Below are positions 39,731 to 52,366 of a DNA stretch of 64,000 nucleotides, one piece after another. The notes under the pieces are model-generated. The model was not told the DNA's origin. It did not search any database and saw only the letters and a list, made by a program, of their open reading frames with translations. Origin of the DNA: Octopus sinensis (Eukaryota); assembly GCF_006345805.1 (NCBI RefSeq), contig NC_043007.1:77004001-77068000 (forward strand), written 5' to 3'. The translations under genes and the position numbers were made by a program. Position 1 is the first letter of the stretch, and each line of letters opens with the position of its first letter.

Positions 39731-42446
39731 GTTATGTATGCACACACAGTCAGGTGTGTGTGTTTGAAAGCAACAACAGAGTAATATTAATTAGTCTGTA
39801 AGTATGTCCCAACCCCTCATCTCACCAGATAAAGCTGCTTCCCACCTCACCTGCAGCTTCAGGGTTTGTAACCTCGCAAGCCGCATGGTAACCTTACTAG
39901 GGCTGATGGCAAATAAAAAGCCCACAGTATATGATGTAAAGTGGTTGACATAAAAGAAGGTGCCCAGTCACAGAAACCATGCTAAAGCAGACACTGGAGC
40001 ACAATGCAATTCTTGGATTCACTGGGTCCTGCTAAACCATCCAAAACATGTCAGCAAGGACATTAAATGATATTGACCATGATTTCTGTATTAATTTTAT
40101 ATTTATTCATTATTTTAATTATTTTTTTTGTTTGGCATAAAATCGATACAAACACACACACAGACTCTGAAAGTACATTTTAATGAAACGAGGAATGGAA
40201 AAACATGACAAAAGCAACTTTTTGGAAAAAATACAAAAAAAGAACAAGAACGAAAGTGCTTTTTGAGCAAAAAGAAAAAAAATAAACTGCTAAAAAAATT
40301 AAATGGTAGGTGAGGGTAAGTGAAAACAATGACATATGTAAAGTAGAACTGTGTGTGTGTATATATGTTGGTGGTGGTGGTGAGGGCAAAGAGATGAAGG
40401 TGTGTACAATAGAAAACTGTTCAAGTGTTTAGTAGAGTTAGAGGTATAAAGTGAATTAAGTAGTTTGGTGTGCATAATGTATGTATATGTGTGTGTATGT
40501 ATGTATTTGTGCTACAGTGACAAAAAGTGAGGAGAAATTTTGGGAACTGCTATGAACATTTAAAGCTGTCTCAAGTGAAAGCAGCAGCAATATTGAGCAG
40601 GTAGAATAATGATGGTGATGAGGATGTTGATAAAAAGAACTGGTGGATGATGAGAGTTGGTGGAGAATAATATTGCTGACTGTTCTCAATTTAGGGGGAG
40701 GATTGTTTGGCAAATGTGTACATGTGCTTGCATACATGTGTGATTTTTTTTGTTTTTTTTATATATTTTATTTTTAATCAATTCAGAAAAGATAAAACAG
40801 AAACAAGAAGAATTGTCTTTCAGATTAAACAGATAAAGAAAAAAAAAAAAAAAAAGACAGCGGATAGAGAAAAGAGATAAATTGTATTGATTGTAGATAG
40901 AAGGAAAAAAAAAAGATAAACAAAAAAAAAACAAAACCAAATAAAACAATTCATTGCATTTCATGTGCTTTTGTGTGTGTGTGTGTGTGTGTTTATGTGT
41001 ATATGTACAAGTGTGTGTGGGTGTATGTGCATGTATGTAAAAATGTAATGTAAATATTTCTATTGCCTTCCCCCACAGCCCACCACCACAAGGGTTCTTA
41101 GAATCCAACACTTTTGGGTCTGATTTCTTAGTAAGAAGTGGATAAGAAATGAATCTCCTACTGGATAAGATATGATGCCAGTCTATTGTGCATGTCATAT
41201 ATACCAGTCCTTTTATGTTAACTAGGTGAACTTGAAGCATGTTTCTAATGAAGCGTAATATATTCATCCAACCCATGCTGGCATGACAGAAATGGACATA
41301 AAGACAAACAAAATACATACATACATACATGTGTGTGTGTGTGTATGCAGAAGAACAATTTTGAATCAAAATCTGTAAAATATACTCGTTAACAAACCCC
41401 ATCTGACCTGGAACAGTCTGTAATATTGTCTTCCATTGATGCCCACCACCCTTATTTCTTTCCATTATTGTTTTACCATGTTAGAACATAGTGTGTAGGG
41501 TATAGCTGTGTGTGTGTGTTTGAATGAATCCATTTCTACCTTCATATATGACACTGCTTAACAAAACACTGTCTATACCTATGCCCTGTTATCTAGCAGT
41601 GCAATAAATAGGTATCACTGAAATATGTACTGGGTGTGAAGGCTTGTGGTTTAGCGGTTAGGATATTTGGCTCACAGTCATAAGGTCCTGGGTTCAATTC
41701 CTGGTTGTGTGTAGTGCCTTTGAACATCGCACTTTATTTCCTGTTAAAAACGAGTTGTACCTATATTTCAAAAGGCCAACCATGTCACATTCTGTGTCAA
41801 TCATCCTAAGAGTTACATTAAGGGTACGTGTGTATCAGAGAAGTGCTCAGCCATTTGCACATTAATTTGATAAACAGGGTGTTCCATTGATTGGATTAAC
41901 TCAACATAACTGCCAGTACAGTGGGGGATGTGACTGACTAAAGCCCTTCAGCAAGAGTACCATATTTACCGAGTGGTGGTATTAAGTTTGGCATAGCCTG
42001 GATTAATACTGGTTGAATCCAATCTTAATGCATACTGATCTGGCAATTCCATAGAAGCACATAAAAGAGCAAGATTAGCTCTAAATCAGTGGTTCTTCCT
42101 TGATTACCATTTTATTCTGGTGGATCTGATAGACATTCAATGCTTAAAGGTGGCAGGGTGGCAAAAACATCACCACACTGGGTGAAATGCTTAGCGGTAT
42201 TTGGTATGTTTTTATGTTCTGAGTTCAAATTCTGCCAAGGTTGACTTTGGCTTTTAACCTTTTGGGGTCAATAAATTAAGTACCAGTTGCATATTGGAGT
42301 CGATTTAATCGACTGCCCTCCTCTCCCAAAAATTTCAGGCCTTGTGCTGAGAGTAGAAAAGAATGTTTAAAAACTAGTATTATAGATACTTCTTTCATAA
42401 TTCCTATTTTGAATTTTACATGTTCTCTTGTGTAAATTTGCAATAG

Positions 42447-42611
42447 CATCATCATCATCATTGTTCGACCGTGGTCGAGACAATGGAATTTACCATGCTA
42501 CGCCAGACTTCACGGTCCATCATGGCATTACGGAGGTCCTGTTGCTAGATGCCTGTATCCCTGGAGATTACATCAGGGTAGGAGAGTGTGCGCCCTCTGG
42601 TATTGCGAGTA
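42447..42611 (-). mobile_element. RTE-clade LINE 3' end, young, 5'-truncated
   Basis: Minus translation TRGRTLSYPDVISRDTGI*QQDLRNAMMDREVWRSMVNSIVSTTVEQ* then (TGA)n tail; tagcat on both flanks. Confidence 0.75.
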
Positions 42612-44276
42612 GCATTCTCCCTGAGAGAACATGTTTCAATGGCCAGAAACTTGTTAAACATTTTGAAATATTAGACAAACAACTTAGCAGTTTATTGCTT
42701 CTTGCAATAAATACAGCCAAATCAAAATTTTTCTGTGGACCCCCAAAATACGGCTGTGGATACCCAATTTACTATTTTGCTTGCTCGGAGCCCCAAAAAT
42801 CTTATGTGGACCCTGGTTGAGAACCACAGCTCCAAAAGACTAGCAGGACAGACATGACTGAAGTGATCAACCATTAGTTTTAATGAGAATTAAATTAAAA
42901 GAATTTTGGCATGAGAATGTTTTGTAAAACAATATGTAAGTGAAACTTAGAGCATAGAACAGTTAATAATTATCTCATAAATATGAAACAAAAGAATAGC
43001 AACAAGTACAAAGGAATAGTTTTGCCTATTGTTATTATTATTATTATTGTTGTTGTTGTTGTTTCAGAGAGTAGTTAAACCAAGAATCCACTTCAAAAGT
43101 TTGCAAGAACATAAGAGCTGCTAAGATAAGGAAAACAGAAAATGGTTTTTAAAAGGAATTCTAAGAAAATATGGAAAAAAAAAAAAAAAAAAAAGGAAAG
43201 AGAAAAAAAGAGGGTGTGCAGAGTTGAGAGAGAGAAAGAAAGAGGGGGGTGCATGGAGTTTTGAGTTGTGTATTTTGTGAGTGAGATGGTGTGGAAGTTG
43301 TTAGAAGTTTAGCAGCTTGTGTTGGAAGGAACAAACAATCCAAGCAAAAGACAAAGGGAAGAATAAATAACTGGTATGAAGATGTAGTGACAGATATTTT
43401 GTGTGTGTGTGTGTGTGAATACTACACATATGGAGAGAGAAAGAGGAGGGAGCAGAGAGAATCAGGGCGGTTAGGTTTGTTTGGAAGGAGGTAGTGTGGT
43501 ATAGCGATGATAGTGGAGAGGTATAGGTGGATGGGATCAAAGCAATATCAGACAGTAGTCTGTAGGGCTGCCCAAATGAGCTGATTTTTGTGCCAAACAT
43601 TTCAACATGTGATACTGCTTACTGTTGGTGGTCACTGATTAATGGCAAGCACACACACACACAAACACATAGAGTCTGAGAAAACAGTTGGAAAACTTTA
43701 AAAAAGAAAAAAATAGCAACCCCCCCTCAAAAAAAAAAAAACACAAAGGTTCCATCCCTTCACCCATTTCTAACTCAAGCTGGCTGTTTATTTATTTATT
43801 TTTTTCCCCTTAGACTTTTCAGAAGATTCTTATTTTCAGTGAAAACAAGATAAAGAAAAGCTGATTTGAAAGGAAATTTAGCATTTGTCTTTAGTTTAAA
43901 TTTCTTATTTTTAGTTCAAGTTTCTTTTATGAGAGTTGCCAGCAGCATTTTTCAAGAATTTTAAATTAGTTCTGCAGGTCTTATTTACAGTTCAAGTTTG
44001 GTAAATAAATAAAAAAAAAAGTAATCATATATATTTATACACACACACACACACACAAAGAGAAAGCTGGGGGTGTTGTATATTTCTCTAAGCTTGAAGT
44101 ATTGACAGGTGTTGGGAGTGGTCGAATTCCTCACAAAAGGCTTGGAAACCTTTGAGTTTTCAAACTGTCCCCAGGGAATCAGGGCCAGCTGACTAAATAA
44201 AAGACTGATTTCCTTCAACTGTGGCCATCACACAACATGGACATTAACAAGAGTGTTTGATATTAGAAAATGATCT

Positions 44277-44793
44277 TTAACCCTTTAGTGTTCCCATTAT
44301 TCTGACAAAATTAATCCTTTTTTATCCACATTGTTTTGAACTAATCAGGCATTATCTTGTAGCTATGAGATTTTGATGAGGTAGCTGTTAATTTTTAAAA
44401 CGATATTGTAGGGTTGGTGTGAGAGACCAGATCTGGCCAGTTTGAACATAAAACAGGTAGAATATTTTTGGCCGGATATGACCGGTTTAAATGCTAAAGG
44501 GTTAAAAAGCAGTTTCAGCTGATTTGCTGACATCTTTTACTGCAGCCATGCTGGGGCATCACCTTAAACCTTTTGCATTCAAGTTACTCTGTCAAGTGCA
44601 ATGCTTTTTCATTCACGTTTGTTTTTCATTAATCTTGCATTTATTTTGTAGCTTAGAAATTTTGATGACATAACTGTATATGTTTAAAACAGCATTGAAG
44701 GATAAGTGTGATAGGCTGGATCTGGCTGGTTAGAACATAAAACAGCTAACATATCTGGACCAGATATGGCCAGTTAAAATGCTAGAAGGTTAA
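44277..44793. mobile_element. Two adjacent family E MITEs, the second nested in a family A SINE
   Basis: TTAA-bounded 44277-44505 and 44564-44793; SINE A sequence on both sides of the second. Confidence 0.75.
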
Positions 44794-45155
44794 AGAACTT
44801 TAGTCCAATAAATTGACCCCGGTACATTTTTTTAATGCCTGGTACTTATTCTATCGGCATCTTTTGCTGAATTGCTAAGTCATATTAATGTAAACACACC
44901 AATACCAGTTTTCAAATGGTGATGTGGGACAAATAGACACAAAGACATACATACACACTGAGCTTCTTTTAGTTTCTGTCTACCAAATCTACTCACAAAG
45001 CTTTGGTCTGCCCAAGGCGTCGACCAGTGGGACTGAACCTGGAAACATGTGCTTGGGAAGCAAACTTCTTACCACACACCCACACCTGCAATTCTATTAA
45101 CTACACAAGAGTCAGTTTACACTCAGGACTGACCCCCAATTAGGAAATAGGACAT

Positions 45156-45820
45156 TAATCCTTTTGATACCAACCTAAGACTGCTTTTGATTCAATGATA
45201 CAAACATCCTGTTTAACCCTTTCGTTACCAACCCCGCTGAAAATGGCTCTGGTTCTGAGTACAAATGTCTTGTTTCCATAAGTTCTGAATTAAAATCTTC
45301 CACCAAACTTTAGTCACAATTTATGTTCCTAACACTAGCTGAATGATAACCAAGTTATTTTACTAAATTCTTTGTAATATTTAAAGTAATTGAAAGAAAC
45401 AGAGCATTTCATAATAAACACAGTAACAAAAGGGTTAAATCCTTTAGCTTTTAAAATCGCCACTATCAACCCAAAATATTCTACCTGCTTGATGCTCAAA
45501 CTGGTCAGGTCTCTCACACCTAACCGACAATGTCATTCTAAGAATAAACAATAACCCTCATCGAAATCTTGGAGCTACAAAATAATATATAATGATATCG
45601 AAACAATGAGAATAAATCAGCATTTTGTTTGACAGAATAATCTGAATGCTAAAGAGTTAATGTTATTTAAACTGAAATTTGCCTTTAAAATTTCATGTTA
45701 CTCGGTTTCAAATGCCATTTTAATAATGGCAAAGTTATTTTATTTAAATTCCTTATTATTTTCTAAATAAATTAAAATGGAAGCAGTGTAGTTTAACAGA
45801 AATATGGTAACAGAAAATGA
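45156..45820. mobile_element. Nest of piggyBac-type MITEs: family F (45213-45438) and family E (45435-45660) inside an older F-like element
   Basis: TTAA-CCCTTTCGTTAC...GTAACAAAAGGG-TTAA directly followed by an E copy; flanks resemble a diverged F. Confidence 0.75.
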
Positions 45821-46689
45821 GAAATTAATATCATTTTTAAGGGTCTTTCAGAATTAAGTTTATATTACTGCATAACACACACACAAAATGGATGATAAGT
45901 AGAAAATAAGTAATGTTTTAAACGTATTAAAGTTTTAATGAATTCATCATAGATTTATGCAGTATCTTCAGAGAATAAACATTGCCATCGAGTTTATCAG
46001 TAAAAACTGGAAAGTACACACACACAAAATATATACACATATACAGATATGCAATACACACATGTAGGTTGATAAGCCATATCTTCATCTAAATGATCAA
46101 ATCAACATTCTTAGGTTTACTAATAAGACCAAACAACAGTAACAAGAAGGAGTCCAAGTCCAAATAGCAGTGTGCTAGTACTACTACCACCACTACCATC
46201 ATTATCACCACCAGCAGCAGTAGTAGTAATAGTACATCGGTTGAGATTAGATAAGAGAAAAACAGATCAAATCAGACTGGAGGTTCATGTTTTAATTTAC
46301 TGGTTTGGAAGTGAAAGGCCAAGAGAAAAAGTTCTAATAATACATTACTAAATCAATGACTCATACTTCAGACCTCGACCCCCTCCTCCTCTTTAATTCA
46401 GCTCTTCTCTCATTACAAGTATATATAAACAATTACAATCATGTCTAATCCCTTACACTAGATTGATTGCTCTGGCAAGATTTATTATATTATAATGCAT
46501 TTTCAAAGAGTCATCAGTTTCTGTGTTCATTCATGAAACCATATTCCTCAATCATAGCTTTATCTTGTATCATGATCAGCTTGAGATTACTTCTTTAATT
46601 CGTCCAGTCCTAACATTTCTGTCCACACAAAACAAAAACTCTTCCAACCCAAAAGCTACTCTACCGAACACCAGTGGGTTTATCTTATA

Positions 46690-46900
46690 CAAATTTAAAT
46701 ACTGTATTTCCGATCCGAGCAAGCTGAATAACATCTGCGATTGTGTGTCCATACTGCTCTTGCTAGTCTTGCATGACAGGTGGACGCCCTTCCCTCTTCA
46801 TTTCATCTTTAACCTCTCCATCATTGCTTTATATGCAGAAACCGTTTAAGAAATTTGGTAATTATGCATTTGACATGAACAGGAAGAAATGTAAAGAATT
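46690..46900 (-). mobile_element. Highly decayed RTE-like LINE 3' fragment
   Basis: Minus translation pieces KAMME..K..RG...GHTIADVIQLAR resemble the RTE C-terminus. Confidence 0.35.
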
Positions 46901-47970
46901 GCGAAGGTCAGTCAGCTCCATCTATCCATCCTAATTATGATATTAATGCTAACATGGACTGAAGGCTTAAATTGATGAGAGAAAGGCTTACTTGCCAACA
47001 TTAGTTATGCATGGCATCTGTCTCAAACTTTAATTATAGCACTGTTACTCAGAGTAGTAACAGCAATGATGTTTAGAAATAGTTATAGTATTAATAATAG
47101 TTATAATACTGATATAAGAGTGCTTATAATACTGGTATTAAGAGTAATTAGAGAGGTGATAGGAGAGAGGCAGTAGTACTGATATAACGATCTTTATCTT
47201 CTACCATTTACTGGTTCCAGTTAGTAGACTGTGACCATGCTGGAGCAACACCTTGAAGAATTTTTTTTTAGCTGAATGAATCGACCCTGGTACTTATTAT
47301 TTTTTCTTGAAGCCTGGTGCATATTCTATCAGTCTCTTTTGCTAAACCACTAAGTTACAGGGCTGTAAACATACCAACACCACTTGTCAAGCAATTGTGG
47401 ACACACAACATACACATACATATAAGACAAGTTTCTACCAAATTCCCTCACAAGGCTTTGGTCAACCAAAGGCTTTAGTGGAAGACACTTGGTCAAGGTT
47501 CCATGCAGTGGGACTGAACCCAGAACCATGTGGTTGAGAAGGAACTTCTTACCACACAGCCACAAGTGTTTATAGGATCAATACTAGAGTAGTCACAAAT
47601 CTATGGTCAGCTGCATGTCTTAAACTTGTGGCTTTTACCAAATCTTAATCCATGCAGCTAAAATCCACGATAACAAACCCAAACTTCTTTATTCCTCAAG
47701 CCATCTCTATAAATGTCTTGAGTAGGGAGTTTTATGGGAGGGAAGGGACGTCTGTCTGCATTTTACTTCTAAGAAAGCTTAGCAACCAACAAGGCATGTT
47801 TTGAATGAAATACAATTAAATCCTGTTATAAGCAATTCATTTACAGACAACAATAGGGATTATTGCAAGTTAGTCATAAAGATAACAGGATTAACTAAAT
47901 GACATGCAGCATTTGAAATTAAAATGAACAGCAAAAATAAAAAAAAAGAAGTCAGAAGGTGTCTACTCAC

Positions 47971-48042
47971 AAGTGAAGTTGTTCAAGACTATAATTCTTT
48001 CCAAAATATGGCATTTCAGCAAGGTTATTGTAACTAAGTTTC
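47971..48042 (-). CDS. LRIG: LRIG-family gene, internal LRR exon (72 bp): (L)KLSYNNLAEMPYFGKNYSLEQLH(L)
   Basis: Minus strand tttgttatttctttgcAG|exon|GTgagt; phase 2-2; resembles the LRIG KLNNNELxxIP..LxL segment; supplies the xL that the next exon lacks (TT+G=Leu). Confidence 0.9.
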
Positions 48043-48545
48043 CTGCAAAGAAATAACAAAAGGAGTAGAATTTAAAATATAAAAAAGAAAGTAGCAGAAT
48101 TTATTTAAATACATACTATACATAATGGCATAATCCCACCCCAAGAAAAACATACGGGTATATTAGATGCACCTTAATTCCGGTAGTGCATGTTCAGGGG
48201 GAAAAAAAAAGGTTTTTAGTTCATTAACCCATAACCTTTTAAGCTTTCAAACTGGCCATACCAGGCCCAAATATTCTACCTGTTTTGTGTTCAAACTGAT
48301 CAGATCAGGCCTCTCACAATTACCCTGCAATGTCATTCTAAAAGTAAACAATTATATCATTGAAATCTGAAATCTATGAGATGATGCATGAATAACTCAA
48401 AACAATAACATCCAGCCATAGAAACAATGCCAAATCAGATTGGAGTCTAGTACAGCCCCTCAGCTTACCAGTCCTGGTCAAACCGTCCAACCCATGTCAG
48501 CATGGACAACGGATGTAAAATGATGATGATGATGATGATGATATA

Positions 48546-48748
48546 TACTCTCTCTCTTTACTCTTTACTCTTACTTGTTTCAGTCATTTGACTGCGGCCA
48601 TGCTGGAGCACCGCCTTTAGTTGGGCAAATCGACCCCGGGACTTATTCTTTGTAAGCCCAGTACTTATTCTATCGGTCTCTTTTGCCGAACTGCTGACGG
48701 GGACGTAAACACACCAGCATCAGTTGTCAAGCAATGCTAGGGGGACAA

Positions 48749-48783
<35 letters not shown>

Positions 48784-48946
48784 CGACAGGCTTCTTTCAG
48801 TTTCCGTCTACCAAATCCACTCACAAGGCATTGGTCGGCCCGGGGCTATAGCAGAAGACACTTGCCCAAGATGCCACGCAGTGGGACTGAACCCGCAACC
48901 ATGTGGTTGGTTCGCAAGCTACTTACCACACAGCCACTCCTGCGCC
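48546..48946 (-). mobile_element. SINE family A, young full-length copy
   Basis: Near reverse complement of 36780-37191; shares diagnostic sites aaggcattgg, gcaatgctag, aagcccagtac. Confidence 0.9.
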
Positions 48947-51643
48947 TACAAAGAATTCATAAAATCATTACTGCGTTCTAAATAAATAAATAATTGATGC
49001 TGGTGGTGATCATGGCAATGAGACAGTGAACAACCAGCATGGCTAAATCTCATTAGAAATCAACTAACTTTAGCCAGATGACAACCAATCAAAATCTAGT
49101 GACAAACTCATTGAGGCAATATGGTTTATTGGTGAATGTTCATATATGCAAATTATCCTCTGCCTAGATCCACATCCATTGCTGTATTATATCATCATCA
49201 TACAAGAGCCATGGTCAAAACTTAGGGTAGAATTTCACAACTGACACGAAGGAATGACACGTGATTCTTGCCATGTCAAGTCAAATTTACAAACTATTTA
49301 ATTAGAGTTAAAATGGTAATGGAGGAGGCCAAGATCAGTTTCAGAGATATTGGAACCAAGTTAAAACTATGTGAGCAGTTTCAAATGTGACTGGTGGGAG
49401 GGAGTGCATATAATATGTTTTCATATTTTTACTAGTTTCAGCCATTGAACTGTGGCCATGCTGGAGCATCAGTTTCAAGGGATTTTAGTCTATCACTCTG
49501 ACCCCAATTCAATCACTCAAATACATATTCTGTTGGTCTTGTTTGCAGAACCATTAAGTTATAAGGATGTAAACAAGTGGTAGTGATGGTAGGGTGACAA
49601 GCTTCCACCCAGTTTCCATCTGTCAATTCACTCACAAAGCATTGGTCAACCTGGGGTTATAGTAAAATACACTTGCCAAAGGTGCTAAGCTGTGAGACTG
49701 AACTCAAAACCACATGGTTGCAAAGCAAGCTTCTTCACTACACTACCAATCTATACTTATTAAATTGCTACGGTATGTTTTTATACAACACCAATAAGCA
49801 TAAAGACATACATCATCTTCAGCACAGTTTCCATCTAACAAACTTAACTCTTGTGGTTGTGAAGCAATTTCCTTAAATAAATGGGGGTATTCCTGCACGT
49901 ACATACCTGAATTTTTTAAATTTCATTTCTCCCTTTCTTTTTTTATTAAATGTATTTCTAGAAAGATCTCCACCTTTCTGGTCATTATTTACTATAAGAT
50001 TAAGGTAGCGAGCTGGCAGAGTTGTTAGCACGATGAGCAAAATGCTCAACAGCATTTTATCTGTCTTGATGATCTGTGCTCAAATTCTGACAAGGTTGAC
50101 TTTGCCTTTTGTCCTTTACTGGTTGATAAAATAAGTACCAGTTGAGCACTGGTGTCAATGTAATTGACTTAACCCCAACCCCGAATTTGCTGGCACTGTG
50201 CCAAAATTTGAAACCATTATTAGCTACAAAATTAAACAGCAACTTTTGTCTTTTTCCATTTATAACTCAACCTTGTGGTCTTGAGTTCAATCCCACAGCA
50301 TGCACCTTAGGCAAGTGTCATCTGTTATAGCAGACTGAAGTTTTGAGCGGATTTGGCTGATGGAAACTGAAAGAATCCCATCATATATATATATATATGT
50401 GTATGTGTGCATATGCATGTGTGTACCTATGTAAAGACATCCCCTGATGTCTGTAACCAATTATCATCATCATGTGAGTCAGGTTATTTCCAATCTTCCT
50501 TGGAAAGTATGTCAAGCCATGAGAAAATATTAAACCTGTCTGAAAACAGGTGATGGCTGGTGTCAAGGAGGGCAACCAAACATAGAAAATCTGTCTGAAA
50601 AAATTCTGTCTGACCCATGCAAGCATGGAAAAGTGGATGTTATATGATGGTGATGATGAAAGGATTTTCAAAAATGATCCTTTTTGGAGAAAAATTCTTA
50701 TTTTAAATAGATTTAAATGGATATAAATAATGAAAGTTGCACAGAAAATTAGACAGAAAACTGCTCAGTTTCAGTGGGTGACCACCACTTGCAAGCTGAG
50801 TCTAGTGATGATACTAAATTCTCATCTATTAACAACTGGAGTAAATGCGCTTCATACAGTCATCTGATAACAAGTCGTACACAGTGAGAATGAAGATATT
50901 AATAGACCAGCAGAATATACTGATATCCACATAAATCTCAATATTTAGTGACCAGAAAAGACAAAAAAGAAATATACAAACACAAACCAAATACCATAAA
51001 AATTTATTGACATACTATATAATACTTTAAACAAAATAATAAAAAAGTAACGTTGAAAAACTGAAGCATTTTATATTAGATTAGATAAATCATGAGAGAT
51101 GTGAATGTTTCATAATTTAGTTTAATTGGAGGGGAGGGGGAAGACAAATACAAATGATATTATTCATAAAATTGGTTACAACAACAAAACAACAACAAAA
51201 CTTTGAACATATTAGTTACTGAATATGATATTTACATAAGTTCGAGATAAAAATTAAGAACTACTTCCTAAAATGGATTTCAATAGGTTAGCGAAGGTTA
51301 GAAGAATCATGAGAAAGTCATTTATCAATTGGCTATGGCTAATTTCATCAATCACAATGCTGTTAAACACTGACACCACAGCTATAACAGCTGAGAATGC
51401 GGGAGTTATTGGCATTTCAGAGAATGGTTTTGGTACTTCTGCTAATGCTGAAGCATTCTGGGATATCACGAATTAATAACTTGCAGCACTGTCGCATTTA
51501 AAAAAGCACCATGACAAAGCACTGGAGCTTTTTTTCTTAATTTGGAAATATTCTGTATTTGATGGCATAAAAGATGCATGGGTGTATTAGATGCACCCTA
51601 AGATTCAGCAGTGTACATTCAAGAAAAATAAGTTTTTAATACA

Positions 51644-51869
51644 TTAACCCTTTTGTTGCTAACCCAGCCAAAACCGGCTCTGACTGTGGTAAAATGTCTT
51701 GCTTTCATAAACTCTAAATTAAAATATTCCACCAAGCCTTAGTCACAATTTACGTTCCTAACACTAGCTTAATGATAACTAAGTTATTTTACTAAATTCT
51801 TTGTTATATTTGAAATAATTGAAAGAAACACAGAACATCTCAAAATAAATACAGTAACGAAAGGGTTAA
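51644..51869. mobile_element. piggyBac-type MITE family F
   Basis: TTAA-CCCTTTTGTTGC...GTAACGAAAGGG-TTAA. Confidence 0.85.
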
Positions 51870-51959
51870 AGCTTGTAATATAGGCCTGACTTCACATATT
51901 GAACCCAGGGTGATTTATTTGAGATGTATTTTGGAAATAAAAAAGTGTTTCTTAGATGT

Positions 51960-52366
51960 ACTATCTTATGCTAGAGGACACTGATAGAAACTGTCTGACA
52001 AACTAGAAGTTTTACAAATGCAAACATATGGAACAATGTTAAGAATATTTTGGACAAAACATGAAACTAATGAAGTGCTACAACTTGCAAACAGAAAAAG
52101 GTCACTACTCTCAACTATTAAAAAAAAAAAAAAAGGCTAAAATACTTTGGTCACAGAGTAAGAGCACTAGGTATACAAAGGGCTATTATGAGAAGTAAAG
52201 ATAAATTGCAAATACTTGAGAGGAAGACCTAGGACAGACTGGTTTGAATAACATCAAGGACTAGACTACACTACCACAGAGTGATTGTGTAAGAATGGCA
52301 GAGAAAAAGAGCTGAATGGAGACCCTTGATATTGAACCTGCTAAAAGCAGATGACACCCTAATGAT
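51960..52366 (+). mobile_element. RTE-clade LINE 3' remnant (pseudo-ORF)
   Basis: Frameshifted KLEV..MLRIFWTKHETNEVLQLANRKRSLLSTIKK..LKYFGH...RGRPRTDW...CVRMAEKRAEWR, typical of the RTE C-terminus; ends in tgatg. Confidence 0.75.

Noticed and set aside
40686-41465. 259-aa ORF, longest in the track
   Set aside because: Runs through CA repeats, poly-T tracts and a SINE tail; no recognisable protein signal.
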